Positions 1 to 9,648 are shown, counted from the first letter of the stretch. The stretch: 48,765 bases of DNA from Chloroflexota bacterium (GCA_022566795.1 JADFIF010000005.1:1-48765), one strand, 5' to 3'. Made by a program: numbers and translations. The notes: generated by a model not told the origin, from the sequence alone.

Positions 1-363
1 GCGGTGGCCGTCCAGGTCGTCGGCGTTGACCTCGGGGACGACCAGGGGGACATCGGGGTCCATGCGAAAGGCGGAGCTGTCGTCGATGACCAGCGCGCCC
101 TGTGCCTTCGCAACCGGCGCAAGCTCCAGGCTGACCGCGCCGCTGGCGGAGATGAAGGCGAAGTCGACCTCGCTCAGGAGCTTTGGCGTGGCCTCTTCTA
201 CGACGAGCTCCTGGCCGTTGACCGACAGCCGCTTGCCTACCGAGCGCTCGGAGGCGCACACACGTATCTCGCTGGCCGGGAACTTCCGCTCCTCCAGCAT
301 CCGAAGAAATACCCGGCCAACGGCGCCCGTCGCGCCCACCACGGCGATTCTGCAGGAGTTCAA
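1..363 (-). CDS. asd: Aspartate-semialdehyde dehydrogenase, N-terminal part (runs off the window edge)
   Basis: Manual minus-strand translation from TTG at 363 (GAGGGG RBS): MNSCRIAVVGATGAVGRVFLRMLEERKFP...VIDDSSAFRMDPDVPLVVPEVN, which carries the Asd motifs; next to dapB. Confidence 0.93.
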   Translation of the reverse strand, partial: MNSCRIAVVGATGAVGRVFLRMLEERKFPASEIRVCASERSVGKRLSVNGQELVVEEATPKLLSEVDFAFISASGAVSLELAPVAKAQGALVIDDSSAFRMDPDVPLVVPEVNADDLDGHR

Positions 364-444
364 TTTCCCCTCCAGTGGGCTATGCGCCCTGAGCTCAATG
401 ATAGCGCCTGCGCTGGACAGACACCACTCTGGGGCGACCGGTCT

Positions 445-561
445 AGGGCCTTTTCAAACTGCGTCGCGCGGGACATATCATGCTCGAGTGAAGCGAAGCA
501 TCTCTTCCCGGCTGGCGCTGAGACCCTTCGCTTCGCTCAAGGGTGACAATTAAGAGGCCCT
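445..561. repeat. Inverted pair of REP-like palindromes (477-503 and 521-548) inside short imperfect terminal inverted repeats
   Basis: atcatgctcgagtgaagcgaagcatct ... agacccttcgcttcgctcaagggtgaca; outer IR agggccttttcaa / ttaagaggccct; CTAG at 443-446. Confidence 0.55.
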
Positions 562-743
562 GCGACGGGTCGAGCCTAAGCGAAGCGAGCGGGTTGGCGC
601 TCTGTCGCCGAATAGGGGTTTTGCAGACCCCCGCCGTGCTGAAAGCCAATCGAAGAATCAACAACGTATTGGGCGACTTGACTCAACTCGGCTGGCATGC
701 TTTAGAGCGGTCGACCGCACGTTGCCGGACTGCTCGTGACCCT

Positions 744-1535
744 CTACAGCCCCATGATCTTGTCGAGGCCGACGGTCAGGCCGGGGCCCTTCACGGCCTC
801 GTGGATGGCCATGACCACGCCGGGCATGAAGCTCTCGCGGTTGATGGAGTCGTGGCGGATGGTCAGCGTCTGGCCCAGCGTGCCGAAGACGAGCTCGTGG
901 TGCGCCACGCGGCCGGGCATGCGCCCGCTGTGAATGGATATGCCTTCCAGCACGCCACCCCTGGTGCCGGGCAAGACCTCCTTCTCGGCCTTGGGCGCGG
1001 TGAACTTGCCGCCCTTGCCCGCAACCGCCGCGCGGGCGATGGCCAGGGCCGTGCCCGACGGAGCGTCGATCTTCGCCTCGTGGTGTACCTCGGTCAGCTC
1101 GGCGTAGTCGAAGAAGCGCGCCGCTACCTCTGCCAGGTGGATCATCAGGACCGCGCCGAGGGCGAAGTTGGGTGCGATGACGATGCCCACCTGATGCTCC
1201 TGCGCCAGGTTCTCGGCTTCCGCGATGTGTGTATCGGTCAGGCCGGTGGAGCCTATCACGACGTTCACCTTGCGGGCCGAGGCGACGCGCATGACGCTGG
1301 AGGCTCCCTCGGCGTTGGTGAAGTCGACAACGACCTGAGCGCCGTCGAGCACCTCCTCCAGGGTATTCGAGAGGGGGACCGCTCCCGAACCGTCTGGGAG
1401 CGGAAGGGAGCCTGGCTCCGCGGCCGCGTCGGCCCCGCCCGCGGGCTGTAAGTCTGCCTCGCCGCACACCGTGGCCAGCACCTGCTGTCCCATCCTCCCC
1501 AGGACGCCGTGGACAACGACTCTGATGGGCTCCAT
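744..1535 (-). CDS. dapB: 4-hydroxy-tetrahydrodipicolinate reductase
   Basis: GVLGRMG Rossmann motif, VVDFT, APNFALG, EVHHEAKIDAPSGTA signature; start reassigned to ATG 1535 (GAGGTG RBS). Confidence 0.96.
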   Translation of the reverse strand: MEPIRVVVHGVLGRMGQQVLATVCGEADLQPAGGADAAAEPGSLPLPDGSGAVPLSNTLEEVLDGAQVVVDFTNAEGASSVMRVASARKVNVVIGSTGLTDTHIAEAENLAQEHQVGIVIAPNFALGAVLMIHLAEVAARFFDYAELTEVHHEAKIDAPSGTALAIARAAVAGKGGKFTAPKAEKEVLPGTRGGVLEGISIHSGRMPGRVAHHELVFGTLGQTLTIRHDSINRESFMPGVVMAIHEAVKGPGLTVGLDKIMGL

Positions 1536-1612
1536 GAGGTCACCTCTGCGAAACTCGTGAGAGGCGCGTTCCGTGCGCCGATCAGACCCTGAACCTCGGT
1601 CTGAGGGCAACC

Positions 1613-1618
1613 ATTATA
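1613..1618 (-). promoter_or_regulatory. Putative -10 element (TATAAT) for dapB
   Basis: Perfect TATAAT about 80 nt upstream of the dapB start; no clear -35. Confidence 0.45.
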
Positions 1619-1737
1619 GCGCAGATGTGCCGTCCATGGCCGCGGGATGGCACGTGGGGGGAGACGTCCCGGGTCGCGCCGGGGTTTGGCATCTGGGACG
1701 CCTAGCGAAGGGCATATCGGCTGACTCATCTCCAAAT

Positions 1738-1850
1738 CCTCCCTCCCCTAGCGGGAGTCCTGGCGGGAGGGCGCTAGAGGGAGGGGGAAACGCTGAATGC
1801 AGCCAGCGCTCTCACCCTCACCCTAGCCCTCTCCCGTCCGAGGGAGAGGA
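1738..1850. repeat. Inverted pair of purine/pyrimidine-rich palindromic repeats (ccctcaccctagccctctccc...gggagagg type)
   Basis: cctccctcccctagcgggag...gggagggcgctagagggaggggg (1738-1787) and caccctcaccctagccctctcccgtccgagggagagga (1813-1850). Confidence 0.6.
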
Positions 1851-1938
1851 GCTTATGCCAGGGGAGCCGAAGACATCAGGCGAAGAGTGGGGCAGATATG
1901 CACCGACCCGCCGGCACTGGGTAGTGACCTTAGGGGCA

Positions 1939-4227
1939 CTAGGGCCGAGGGCCTTGTTGCTCAGGCCTTGGACCGCCTGAACCGCCGCGTCTCGGGCCTC
2001 GCGATCGGTAGCCGCCGCGGTCTCCGCCGGGCCGGTCGCGAGACTGGGGAGGCCTGCCGTCGGTCGGACGGCCTCCACCCCGGTACCCGCCCTGCTGGCT
2101 TGAGGACTCGGTGGGCGGCCCGGAGGCGCCATCGCCGGGGGCAGAGTCGCCGTCTCCTTGAAGCAGCGCGCGGCGCGACAGCTTGACCCGCCCGGTAGGG
2201 TCGACATCTATGACGATGACCGTAATGTCCTCGCCCAGCTGAACGACGTCCTCAACGGTGGGGACGCGGTAGTCGGCGAGCTCGCTGATGTGGACCATCC
2301 CGTCCTTGCCTGGCCGAAGCTGAACGAAGGCGCCGAATGGCGCGATCTTCACCACTTTACCCGTGTAGATTTCACCGACCTTAATGTCTTTGGTTAGGTC
2401 CTCGATCATGGTGACGGCTCTGGCCGCGGCCACCGAATCCGACGAGCCTATGGTCACTGTGCCATCGTCGGCGACATCCACGGTGGCTTTGGTCTCCTCG
2501 ACGATGGCTCGAATGGTCTTGCCGCCCGGGCCTATGACTATTCCAATCTTGTCGACCGGTATCTTGATGCGCGTCATACGTGGCGCGTAGGGGCTGAGGT
2601 CCGCGCGGGCCTCGCTGATCGTCTCCTCGATGCGGTCCAGAAGGAACAGCCTGGCCTCCTTGGCCTGTTCCAGAGCATCGCGGATGACGTCGAAGCCGAT
2701 GTTCTTGACCTTCATGTCGAGCTGGATGGCGGTGATGCCGTCTCTGGAACCGGCCACCTTGAAGTCCATGTCGCCGATGTGGTCTTCCAGGCCCTGGATG
2801 TCCGTCAGAGTGGCGTATTGCCCGTTCTCGCCCACCACGAGGCCGACCGAGATGCCGGCGATGGGCTTCTTGATGGGCACGCCGGCGTCCATCAGCGCCA
2901 GGGTTCCGGCGCACACCGTGGCCATCGACGTGCTGCCATTGGAGCCGAGGACCTCGGAGACGAGACGAATGGTGTACGGAAAATCCTCCTCAGAGGGCAG
3001 TACGGCGGTTAGCGCACGCTCGGCCAGCGCGCCGTGCCCGATCTCTCTTCGTCCCGGCGAGCCGACTCGCCGCACCTCGCCGACGGAGTAGGGCGGGAAG
3101 TTGTAGTGGAGCAGGAACCGCTTGGAGTCTTGGGGACTCAGATTGTCGAGCCTTTGAGCGTCCCCCACGGAGCCCAGGGTGACGACCCCGAGCACCTGGG
3201 TCTCGCCTCGGTTGAACAGACCGGTGCCGTGGGTGCGCGGAAGGAGCGACACCTCGCAGGAGATGGGTCTGATGTCGCGCAAGCCTCGGCCGTCGGGCCG
3301 CGGGCCCCCGCTCAGGACCTTAGTGCGGAACTCCTTTTCGAGAAGGCTGTCGAAGGCATCCGCTATCTGCGCCGGCTCGAACTCATCTTTGACCGCCTCG
3401 GCAAGCTCAGCCTTGAGAGAGCTCATGCGGTCCGCCTGCTCGGTCTTGCTTAGCGACGCATCGAACGTGGAGGCGATTCTCGCGCCGAGGACGGACGCGG
3501 TACGCCGTTCCAGCTCCTCCGAATGGGCCACGGGCGTGAAGCCGATCTTTGGCCTTCCGGCCGACCGGATGAGGTCGTCCTGGAGCTCGATAACGCGCTG
3601 GTTCACGTCCTGAGCTCTCCGAATCCCCTCGAGGACCAGGTCTTCCGAGAGCTCGTTGGCCCCGGCCTCCATCATCAGGACGCCGTCTCGGGTGCCCGCC
3701 ACCACGAGGTCGAGGTCGCTCTCGTCCATCTGCGCGAAGGTCGGGTTCACGACGAACTCGCCGTCTACGTAGCCCATTCGCGTGGCCCCGATGGGCCCCT
3801 CGAAAGGAATGTCCGAGACGGAGAGCGCCGCCGATGCCCCGATGACGGCCAGCACGTCCAGGGTGTTTTCAAGGTCGACGGAGAGGGGAGTGATGATCAC
3901 CTGGACTTCGTTCTTGAAGCCCTTGGGAAACAGCGGCCGGACCGGACGGTCGGTGAGCCGGTCCACCAGAATGGCCTCGGTGCTGGGGCGGCCCTCGCGC
4001 CGGAAGAAGCTTCCCGGTATCTTGCCCCTGGCGTAGAGACGCTCTTCAAACTCGATGGTCAGCGGGAAGAAGTCGATGCCCTCGCGGGGCTTGCTCATCG
4101 TCGCGGTGATCAACAAGACGCAGTCACCGTACCGCAACACGACGGACCCGTTGGCCTGCAACGCCAGCTTGCCGCTTTCCAGCGACAGTGAGCGGGTGCC
4201 AACCTCGCGACTAAACGTAGACAACAT
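1939..4227 (-). CDS. pnp: Polyribonucleotide nucleotidyltransferase (PNPase)
   Basis: FFPLTIEFEE, FFRREGRP, RREIGHG, GDMDFKVAG motifs; KH and S1 domains; downstream of rpsO. Confidence 0.98.
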   Translation of the reverse strand: MLSTFSREVGTRSLSLESGKLALQANGSVVLRYGDCVLLITATMSKPREGIDFFPLTIEFEERLYARGKIPGSFFRREGRPSTEAILVDRLTDRPVRPLFPKGFKNEVQVIITPLSVDLENTLDVLAVIGASAALSVSDIPFEGPIGATRMGYVDGEFVVNPTFAQMDESDLDLVVAGTRDGVLMMEAGANELSEDLVLEGIRRAQDVNQRVIELQDDLIRSAGRPKIGFTPVAHSEELERRTASVLGARIASTFDASLSKTEQADRMSSLKAELAEAVKDEFEPAQIADAFDSLLEKEFRTKVLSGGPRPDGRGLRDIRPISCEVSLLPRTHGTGLFNRGETQVLGVVTLGSVGDAQRLDNLSPQDSKRFLLHYNFPPYSVGEVRRVGSPGRREIGHGALAERALTAVLPSEEDFPYTIRLVSEVLGSNGSTSMATVCAGTLALMDAGVPIKKPIAGISVGLVVGENGQYATLTDIQGLEDHIGDMDFKVAGSRDGITAIQLDMKVKNIGFDVIRDALEQAKEARLFLLDRIEETISEARADLSPYAPRMTRIKIPVDKIGIVIGPGGKTIRAIVEETKATVDVADDGTVTIGSSDSVAAARAVTMIEDLTKDIKVGEIYTGKVVKIAPFGAFVQLRPGKDGMVHISELADYRVPTVEDVVQLGEDITVIVIDVDPTGRVKLSRRALLQGDGDSAPGDGASGPPTESSSQQGGYRGGGRPTDGRPPQSRDRPGGDRGGYRSRGPRRGGSGGPRPEQQGPRP

Positions 4228-4286
4228 GTGACCTGATACCTCCTAAGGGGAACCCAATAGAAAAACGATAGCCCGAGCCTTCGGGA

Positions 4287-4550
4287 CTATCTTCTCAGCC
4301 CAAGCTTTGCGATGAGAGACCTGTAGCGTCCCACATCTTCCCCGTTGAGGTATCGGAGCAGCCGCCGCCGGCGGCCCACCATACTGAGGAGGCCACGACG
4401 TGTCGATTCGTCGTGCTTGTGGACTCTGAGGTGCTGGGTCAACTGGGTGATCCGGGCCGTCAATACCGCGACCTGGAGCCCCGTCGAGCCTGTGTCTTTC
4501 TCGTGCGTGCGATATTCGCTGATCAGGGCGTCCTTCTCAGCTTTCTCCAA
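4287..4550 (-). CDS. rpsO: 30S ribosomal protein S15
   Basis: [34 protein letters not shown]; TTG start with AGGAG RBS. Confidence 0.98.
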   Translation of the reverse strand: MEKAEKDALISEYRTHEKDTGSTGLQVAVLTARITQLTQHLRVHKHDESTRRGLLSMVGRRRRLLRYLNGEDVGRYRSLIAKLGLRR

Positions 4551-4600
4551 CCGAGTCTCCTGGGGTCCCTACTTTTTCCATACGCTCTTTCTTAGCCCCG

Positions 4601-4609
4601 ATTGTAGCA
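4601..4609 (-). promoter_or_regulatory. Extended -10 promoter (TGcTACAAT) for rpsO-pnp
   Basis: Minus strand reads atgctacaat about 50 nt upstream of rpsO. Confidence 0.5.
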
Positions 4610-4653
4610 TGCGGCTCAGGCCTGCCGCAATGAGAGCGCGACGTTTCGCTGGA

Positions 4654-5745
4654 CTAATCGATGGCGGGCAGCTCCTCCGCCGAGTAGTGCGTGGCACGGA
4701 ACACCGCATTGCTCGGCTCGCCCTCCGGACCCTCCGGGAAGTAAGGGTTGATGTACTCCCACACGACTTTGCCTCCGGGAGTTACCTGAAACATCCGCCC
4801 GAAGTTGCCTTCGGTGATCAGCGTGTTCCCGTTCGGCAACCGGCGCGCCCCGGAAATATAGGGGCTGAAGAAGTTGAACGGCGGGGAGTCGGCGTACTGC
4901 CAAACGATCTCGTCTGTGTGAGGGTCGACCTCGATAACGCGCGAGGCCGGCATGGCCCACTCTTTTCGATGGGCTCCGTTGTCGAAGATCAGCACGTTGC
5001 CGTTGGCGAGGAGGGTCGGGTCGTGCTGCTGAGATAGGGTTTCGTAACCCAGCTTCCACGTAAAGTCGCCGCTCTTCTTGTCGACAATCCCCACCGTGGA
5101 GATGTTGCGGAAGGAGACCATGAACCTATCGCCATCCAACGGGACCACCGTGTTGGCGTGAGTCCACTCGTGGCGAGGGTCGTTGAAGGTAATCCTGTCC
5201 GTCGCGAAGTCAAGGTGGTGAGCGGCGTGCCACTCCCAGACCCGATTGCCTGCGGCATCGACCTCGACGATGACGTCGGCCCACATCACATCTACATCAC
5301 TCTCCGCGATTCCGCCCCGTACCCGGCGCGCCACATCGGCCGATAGGCGCTCCACGGCGAGGTAAATCGCACCGCCGGCGGGCGTCCGCCTGGCGTCGTG
5401 GTGGTGCTCAGGGTCACGGTGCTCCCACAGGATCCGCCCATTCCAGTCGGCCTCGAGCATGACGCCGCCTTTGAAGCGGTTCCACAAGCCGAAGCGGTCC
5501 CAAGTCTCGTCCTTGAGCTTCCCTCCGTAGAACAGATTCCCGTTGGGAAGCAGATAGCCCCACAGCCCAGGAGGGTACGGCATGTCCCAGCGGTGGACCT
5601 CGTTTCCCTGCAGGTCGATCAACAACACCTCGCCGCTTCCGTAAAGCGGAGCGTAAAGCGTATATCCGGGGCACGCTAACTCCTCATCCAGGGCCGTTAA
5701 CCCGGTGCGCACGATACGTCTGCGGGTCTGCTGGTCTACAGCCAT
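4654..5745 (-). CDS. Arylsulfotransferase (ASST)-like beta-propeller protein
   Basis: HHD, W.HAN, QHD...GNVLIFDNG, SGARRLPNGNTLITEG motifs typical of the ASST family; no signal peptide. Confidence 0.8.
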   Translation of the reverse strand: MAVDQQTRRRIVRTGLTALDEELACPGYTLYAPLYGSGEVLLIDLQGNEVHRWDMPYPPGLWGYLLPNGNLFYGGKLKDETWDRFGLWNRFKGGVMLEADWNGRILWEHRDPEHHHDARRTPAGGAIYLAVERLSADVARRVRGGIAESDVDVMWADVIVEVDAAGNRVWEWHAAHHLDFATDRITFNDPRHEWTHANTVVPLDGDRFMVSFRNISTVGIVDKKSGDFTWKLGYETLSQQHDPTLLANGNVLIFDNGAHRKEWAMPASRVIEVDPHTDEIVWQYADSPPFNFFSPYISGARRLPNGNTLITEGNFGRMFQVTPGGKVVWEYINPYFPEGPEGEPSNAVFRATHYSAEELPAID

Positions 5746-5861
5746 AGGAGAGGCTCCTTTGCTTTGTGGGGGAGCTCCAGCGCAAAGAGGACGATTAACT
5801 CCCCTTTTGAAGCGGGACGGCTAGAGACGGCGTGAAACCTGAGCCCACCTAAGCGGGCGCC

Positions 5862-6779
5862 CTAGCGAAGCCCTTCCAGAAACTCCGTGACGGCCCGTTC
5901 GAACCCTGCCGGATTGTCGCCCATCACCAGGTGCCCGGCTCCGGGCACCGTGACCAGGGTCGCATTGGGAATCCGGGTCTGCATCTCTTTGGCGGTGTCC
6001 ATCGCGATGATGTCGCTAATCTCGCCCCTGACCACCAGCGTGGGGCAACGCAGGCTTTCGACGAACCCCCACAGGCGCTCGGTGGTGTCCGGGCCGGACC
6101 CGATGCGTCGGTCGGGGGACCTGAGCCGCTTGTCGTACTTCCAGGTCCACCTGCCGTTGGGCAGCTGCTTCAGGTTGTGGATGATGCTGCCCCTTATCTG
6201 CTCCGGGTCGCGGCGGGGGTTGTACTCGCGCACGCGCTCGACGAACTCCTCGACCGAGTCGAGCTCGTCGCTTTGCTGGACGAACCGCCGGATGTTTTCC
6301 GAGCCGGTCCGCAGGTTCTGTGGCCCGGCGTCTACGATTACCAGCGCCTTGACCCTGTCGGGATTAGCGGCGGCGTAGGTCAAGGAGTTGCGGCCGCCCA
6401 TGGACAGCCCCATGAGCACAAACTGCTTGAGGCCCAGCCCGTCGACGATGGCGCCGATGTCGCCCTGCTGCGTCTCCGGCGCGTAGTCGCCGTCCTCCGC
6501 CCAATCGCTGTCGCCATGTCCCCTCTGGTCGAGCGCGATGACCCGGTATCGATCGCAAAGCGACAGCGCCACGAAGTCCCACGAGTGGCAGGTCTGCGCG
6601 AAGCCGTGCAGCAGCACGATGGGCGGGCTATGCGGGTCTCCCCACTCAAGGTAGTGGAACCTCATGCCGTTGGCGTCGATGAACCTGTCTCGCGGTGCCG
6701 CCTCGCTGGCGAAGGTGACGCCCTTGGCGCGGGCGGCGTCGTAAAGCGAGAGTCCCTGGCCGCTGGTCTTAGATGTCAA
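5862..6779 (-). CDS. Alpha/beta fold hydrolase
   Basis: LLHG, DQRGHGDS, GLSMGG nucleophile elbow, C-terminal AGH; start reassigned to TTG 6779 (GGAG RBS). Confidence 0.9.
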   Translation of the reverse strand: MTSKTSGQGLSLYDAARAKGVTFASEAAPRDRFIDANGMRFHYLEWGDPHSPPIVLLHGFAQTCHSWDFVALSLCDRYRVIALDQRGHGDSDWAEDGDYAPETQQGDIGAIVDGLGLKQFVLMGLSMGGRNSLTYAAANPDRVKALVIVDAGPQNLRTGSENIRRFVQQSDELDSVEEFVERVREYNPRRDPEQIRGSIIHNLKQLPNGRWTWKYDKRLRSPDRRIGSGPDTTERLWGFVESLRCPTLVVRGEISDIIAMDTAKEMQTRIPNATLVTVPGAGHLVMGDNPAGFERAVTEFLEGLR

Positions 6780-6851
6780 TATGCCATCTCCCAAAAATCG
6801 TCTGAAACTCAGCGCGCGGCCCAATCGACTGGACCGTAGTCTCCCTAGCAC

Positions 6852-7166
6852 TCTGAGCGGGCTGTCATCCCCTAGATGTCATTGGTATGACAATGTCATT
6901 TCGAGCCGGGTCGAGAAATCTAAAGCCCCTTGAGCAAAGACCGATTGTCCCTTTGCCAAGAACGTATCCTGGCCAATGCTACGACAGCGGTTGCGAGGGT
7001 ACAGCCAGGCGGCGAAGGAGAGCAGAGCGCCCCAGACCCCTCGGCTTCGCTCGGGGTGACAGCGGCATGGTATTCTCATTCTTTGCTACGGTTGTCGCAA
7101 CCACCACGAGTGATTCTGAGCGGGCTGTCATTCCTTACATCCATTCTGAGCGAAGCCGAAGAATCT
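6852..7166. repeat. Cluster of REP-like palindromes (6894-6921, 7034-7061, 7142-7166) plus a 17-bp direct repeat (6852-6868 / 7115-7131)
   Basis: tgtcatttcgagccgggtcgagaaatct; agacccctcggcttcgctcggggtgaca; cattctgagcgaagccgaagaatct; tctgagcgggctgtcat twice. Confidence 0.7.
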
Positions 7167-7264
7167 AACGGGACAATAGTCAGAACCTTTGAGGTGGCCT
7201 TACCTGGGGGTCCTGTCTAAGCTGCCCGTTCGAATCCTGGCCAGCGAGCCACCACTAACAGCGA

Positions 7265-7639
7265 CTATGCATTCATAGCACGCATCAGCGCATTCCAGTC
7301 TGGATAGACCTCCAACTGCGGCAGCGTGTGGAACAGATGCTCAGCGCTACCAACGATGTAAACCCGCTTTCCAAGCCCAAGGCCGATTCCGAATTCGACA
7401 TGACGAGCGGACCCGCCACCGCTGGTTTCGGTGAAACAGACCAAGGCGTCGGCTCTGCGAATATCGTCTAGGTCCTGCTGCGCCAGCTGCGACCAGTTGG
7501 GATGGGAGAGAGGAGTTCCGGGATCGAACTCAACCTCCAGCCATCTAGATGTTACTGCATGGCCTAACCTCTTCAGGTCTTCAGCGTACGAGCTCATTTC
7601 GTCTTTACGTGCAAACCTAGCGGTGAGGTACACCTTCAT
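7265..7639 (-). CDS. Nucleoside 2-deoxyribosyltransferase-like (NDT/MilB/Rcl fold) small protein
   Basis: MKVYLT, DLDDIRRADALV, G..HVEFGIGLGLGKRVYIV pattern typical of the NDT fold; ATG 7639 with AGGAG RBS. Confidence 0.7.
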   Translation of the reverse strand: MKVYLTARFARKDEMSSYAEDLKRLGHAVTSRWLEVEFDPGTPLSHPNWSQLAQQDLDDIRRADALVCFTETSGGGSARHVEFGIGLGLGKRVYIVGSAEHLFHTLPQLEVYPDWNALMRAMNA

Positions 7640-7662
7640 ATTGCCACTCCTAACGGCACCTG

Positions 7663-7694
7663 AGATTCTTCGTCGCAAGCTCCTCAGAATGACA
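7663..7694. repeat. REP-like palindrome, inverted relative to the 7142-7166 copy
   Basis: agattcttcgtcgcaagctcctcagaatgaca. Confidence 0.7.
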
Positions 7695-7827
7695 CTGCGT
7701 CAATGGCCTGCTCCGCTCATGGCGAGCCTAGTCTGCTCGCGGTAGCCTGCCGGTTCATGGGTAGGCTCTTCGCCGACGTCGGGGCGGGCTGTGCCACAAC
7801 CTGCCCCTCGTTCGCCATCGGCTGTCC

Positions 7828-9240
7828 CTACACCGGCGGCCTGCGGGCATGCCAGTCCGTAGCCTGCTCGTAAGCGTGGGCGACGCGCAGAACCGTCGAC
7901 TCCGCGAATGGCCTTCCGGCCAGCTGGAGCCCGATAGGCATATCCTCCGACGTAAAGCCGCAGGGCACCGAGACCGTCGGCACGCCACAGATGTTGAATG
8001 GTCTGGTCAGCCGCGACAGCAGAGCCAGGGCAGGCTCAGGCCTCCCGTCGATATCGACGCTCGACTGGCCGATTCTGGGCGCGCCGATAGGGCCGCATGG
8101 CGCCAACAGGATGTCAAAGCTCTCGAAGGCTCGGGCGATCTGCGAATTGAATACGGTCCGCGCCCTCTGCGCCTTGATGTAGTCGGTGGCGGGTGTCAGG
8201 ACTCCGGCCTCCAGCCTGCTCCGGACATCCTCGCCTACGTCGTCGGGCCTGGTGCGCAGGTGGTCCAGGTGCACCTCCGCCGCCTCGGCGATGAGAATCG
8301 CGCCAGAGATGGTCAGCGAGTGCTCCAGGACGGGAATCGAGGTCTCTTCCACGGAGGCGCCCAGACCTTCGAGGACTTTGGCCGCCGCATCGACCGCGGC
8401 CCGCACGTCGGCAGCGATGACGTCGTAGAAAAACTCCTTCGGAACACCTACCCTTAGCCCCTTCACTCCGAGCTCGATGTCTTTCGTAAAATCTTCCACC
8501 GGCCGGTTGGCAGAGGACGGGTCGCGAGGGTCGTGGCCGGCGATGGCGTTCAGCATCAGGGCCGCGTCACGCACCGTGCGGGTCATGGGGCCGACGGTGT
8601 CCAGGCTCCAGCTCAGTGGGTAGACCCCATGCCTGCTGACGCGGCCGAAGGTCGGCTTCAGGCCGACGATGCCGCAAAGGCCCGCCGGTATGCGGACCGA
8701 GCCGCCGGTGTCGCTCCCCAGCGCGCCCATCACCTGACCGGCAGCCACCGCCGCTCCAGACCCGCCGCTGGAGCCGCCGGTGACGCAGTCGACGTTCCAC
8801 GGGTTGTGCGCCGGGCCATCGTGTGGATTCTCGCTGGTCGCGCCGAGTGCGAACTCGTGCATCTGCAGCTTGCCCATGAGGATGGCCCCGGCCGACTGGA
8901 AGCGCTCGGTGACCGCGGCGTCGTAGTCTGGGACGAAGTCTCGCAGTATCTTGGACCCGACGGTCGTTCGGATGCCCTTGGTGTAGTAGAGGTCCTTGAG
9001 GCCGATGGGGATGCCGTGCAGCGGCCCTCGGTAGCTGCCGGCCCGGACTTCCTGCTCCGCCTGTCGGGCCGCCGCCTTGGCGTCGTCGGCAAGCAGTGTG
9101 ATGAAGGAGTTCAGCCTGCCGTCGGTCTGGTCGATGCGCTCGAGGTGCGCGTCGACCAGCTCCACGGGGGAGAGCTCGCGCGTCCGGACCTTGTCCGCGG
9201 CGTCGGCGATGGAGGAGAAGCAGAGGTCGGTGGCTTGCAT
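7828..9240 (-). CDS. Amidase-signature family enzyme (GatA/AtzE-like)
   Basis: GPLHGIPIGLKD, GGSSGGS, GSDTGGSVRIPA (Ser-cisSer-Lys triad), GLKPTFGRVS. Confidence 0.92.
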   Translation of the reverse strand: MQATDLCFSSIADAADKVRTRELSPVELVDAHLERIDQTDGRLNSFITLLADDAKAAARQAEQEVRAGSYRGPLHGIPIGLKDLYYTKGIRTTVGSKILRDFVPDYDAAVTERFQSAGAILMGKLQMHEFALGATSENPHDGPAHNPWNVDCVTGGSSGGSGAAVAAGQVMGALGSDTGGSVRIPAGLCGIVGLKPTFGRVSRHGVYPLSWSLDTVGPMTRTVRDAALMLNAIAGHDPRDPSSANRPVEDFTKDIELGVKGLRVGVPKEFFYDVIAADVRAAVDAAAKVLEGLGASVEETSIPVLEHSLTISGAILIAEAAEVHLDHLRTRPDDVGEDVRSRLEAGVLTPATDYIKAQRARTVFNSQIARAFESFDILLAPCGPIGAPRIGQSSVDIDGRPEPALALLSRLTRPFNICGVPTVSVPCGFTSEDMPIGLQLAGRPFAESTVLRVAHAYEQATDWHARRPPV

Positions 9241-9243
9241 CGG

Positions 9244-9453
9244 CTACCGTTGGCCGGCGTCGCCACGGCCGGCTTCAAAGGTTATCGCCGGCTCGACGCC
9301 ATCGAGGTCCAGTACCTCGTCGAGGGCGTTGGTGGCGGCCGAGGTCCTCTGAATCAGAGGCAGCAGCGTCTCCAGCCTCTGGTCGCTTATCTCAAGGCCC
9401 GCGAGCTGCGCCATCGCTCTGAGCGACTGCAGGGTAACCTCGGTGTCTGCCAA
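9244..9453 (-). CDS. Small amidase-associated subunit (GatC/AtzG-like)
   Basis: 69 aa, A.LAGLEI...RL..L...LD..GVEPA.TF; GGAG RBS; ends 3 nt before the amidase start. Confidence 0.65.
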   Translation of the reverse strand: MADTEVTLQSLRAMAQLAGLEISDQRLETLLPLIQRTSAATNALDEVLDLDGVEPAITFEAGRGDAGQR

Positions 9454-9648
9454 AATATAAGCTCCGGTGGAAATGGATCATGCCGCTGTCGACGGCGCCA
9501 ACACTACGATTTATGCGCCTGCCATGTCAACCGGTCTGGGCGTGGACAGGGACCTCTCACCCACGCAGGGAGGTCTTGGGAATGTGCCCCATGTCAACCT
9601 ACGAGGGCGGAAGAGTGGGACGACTGCCCCGGCCCTCTCGAGGCAACT

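Noticed and set aside
364-1938. Lysine riboswitch upstream of asd or dapB
   Set aside because: The dapB leader after the -10 is too short and the asd upstream region is occupied by repeats; no matching architecture seen
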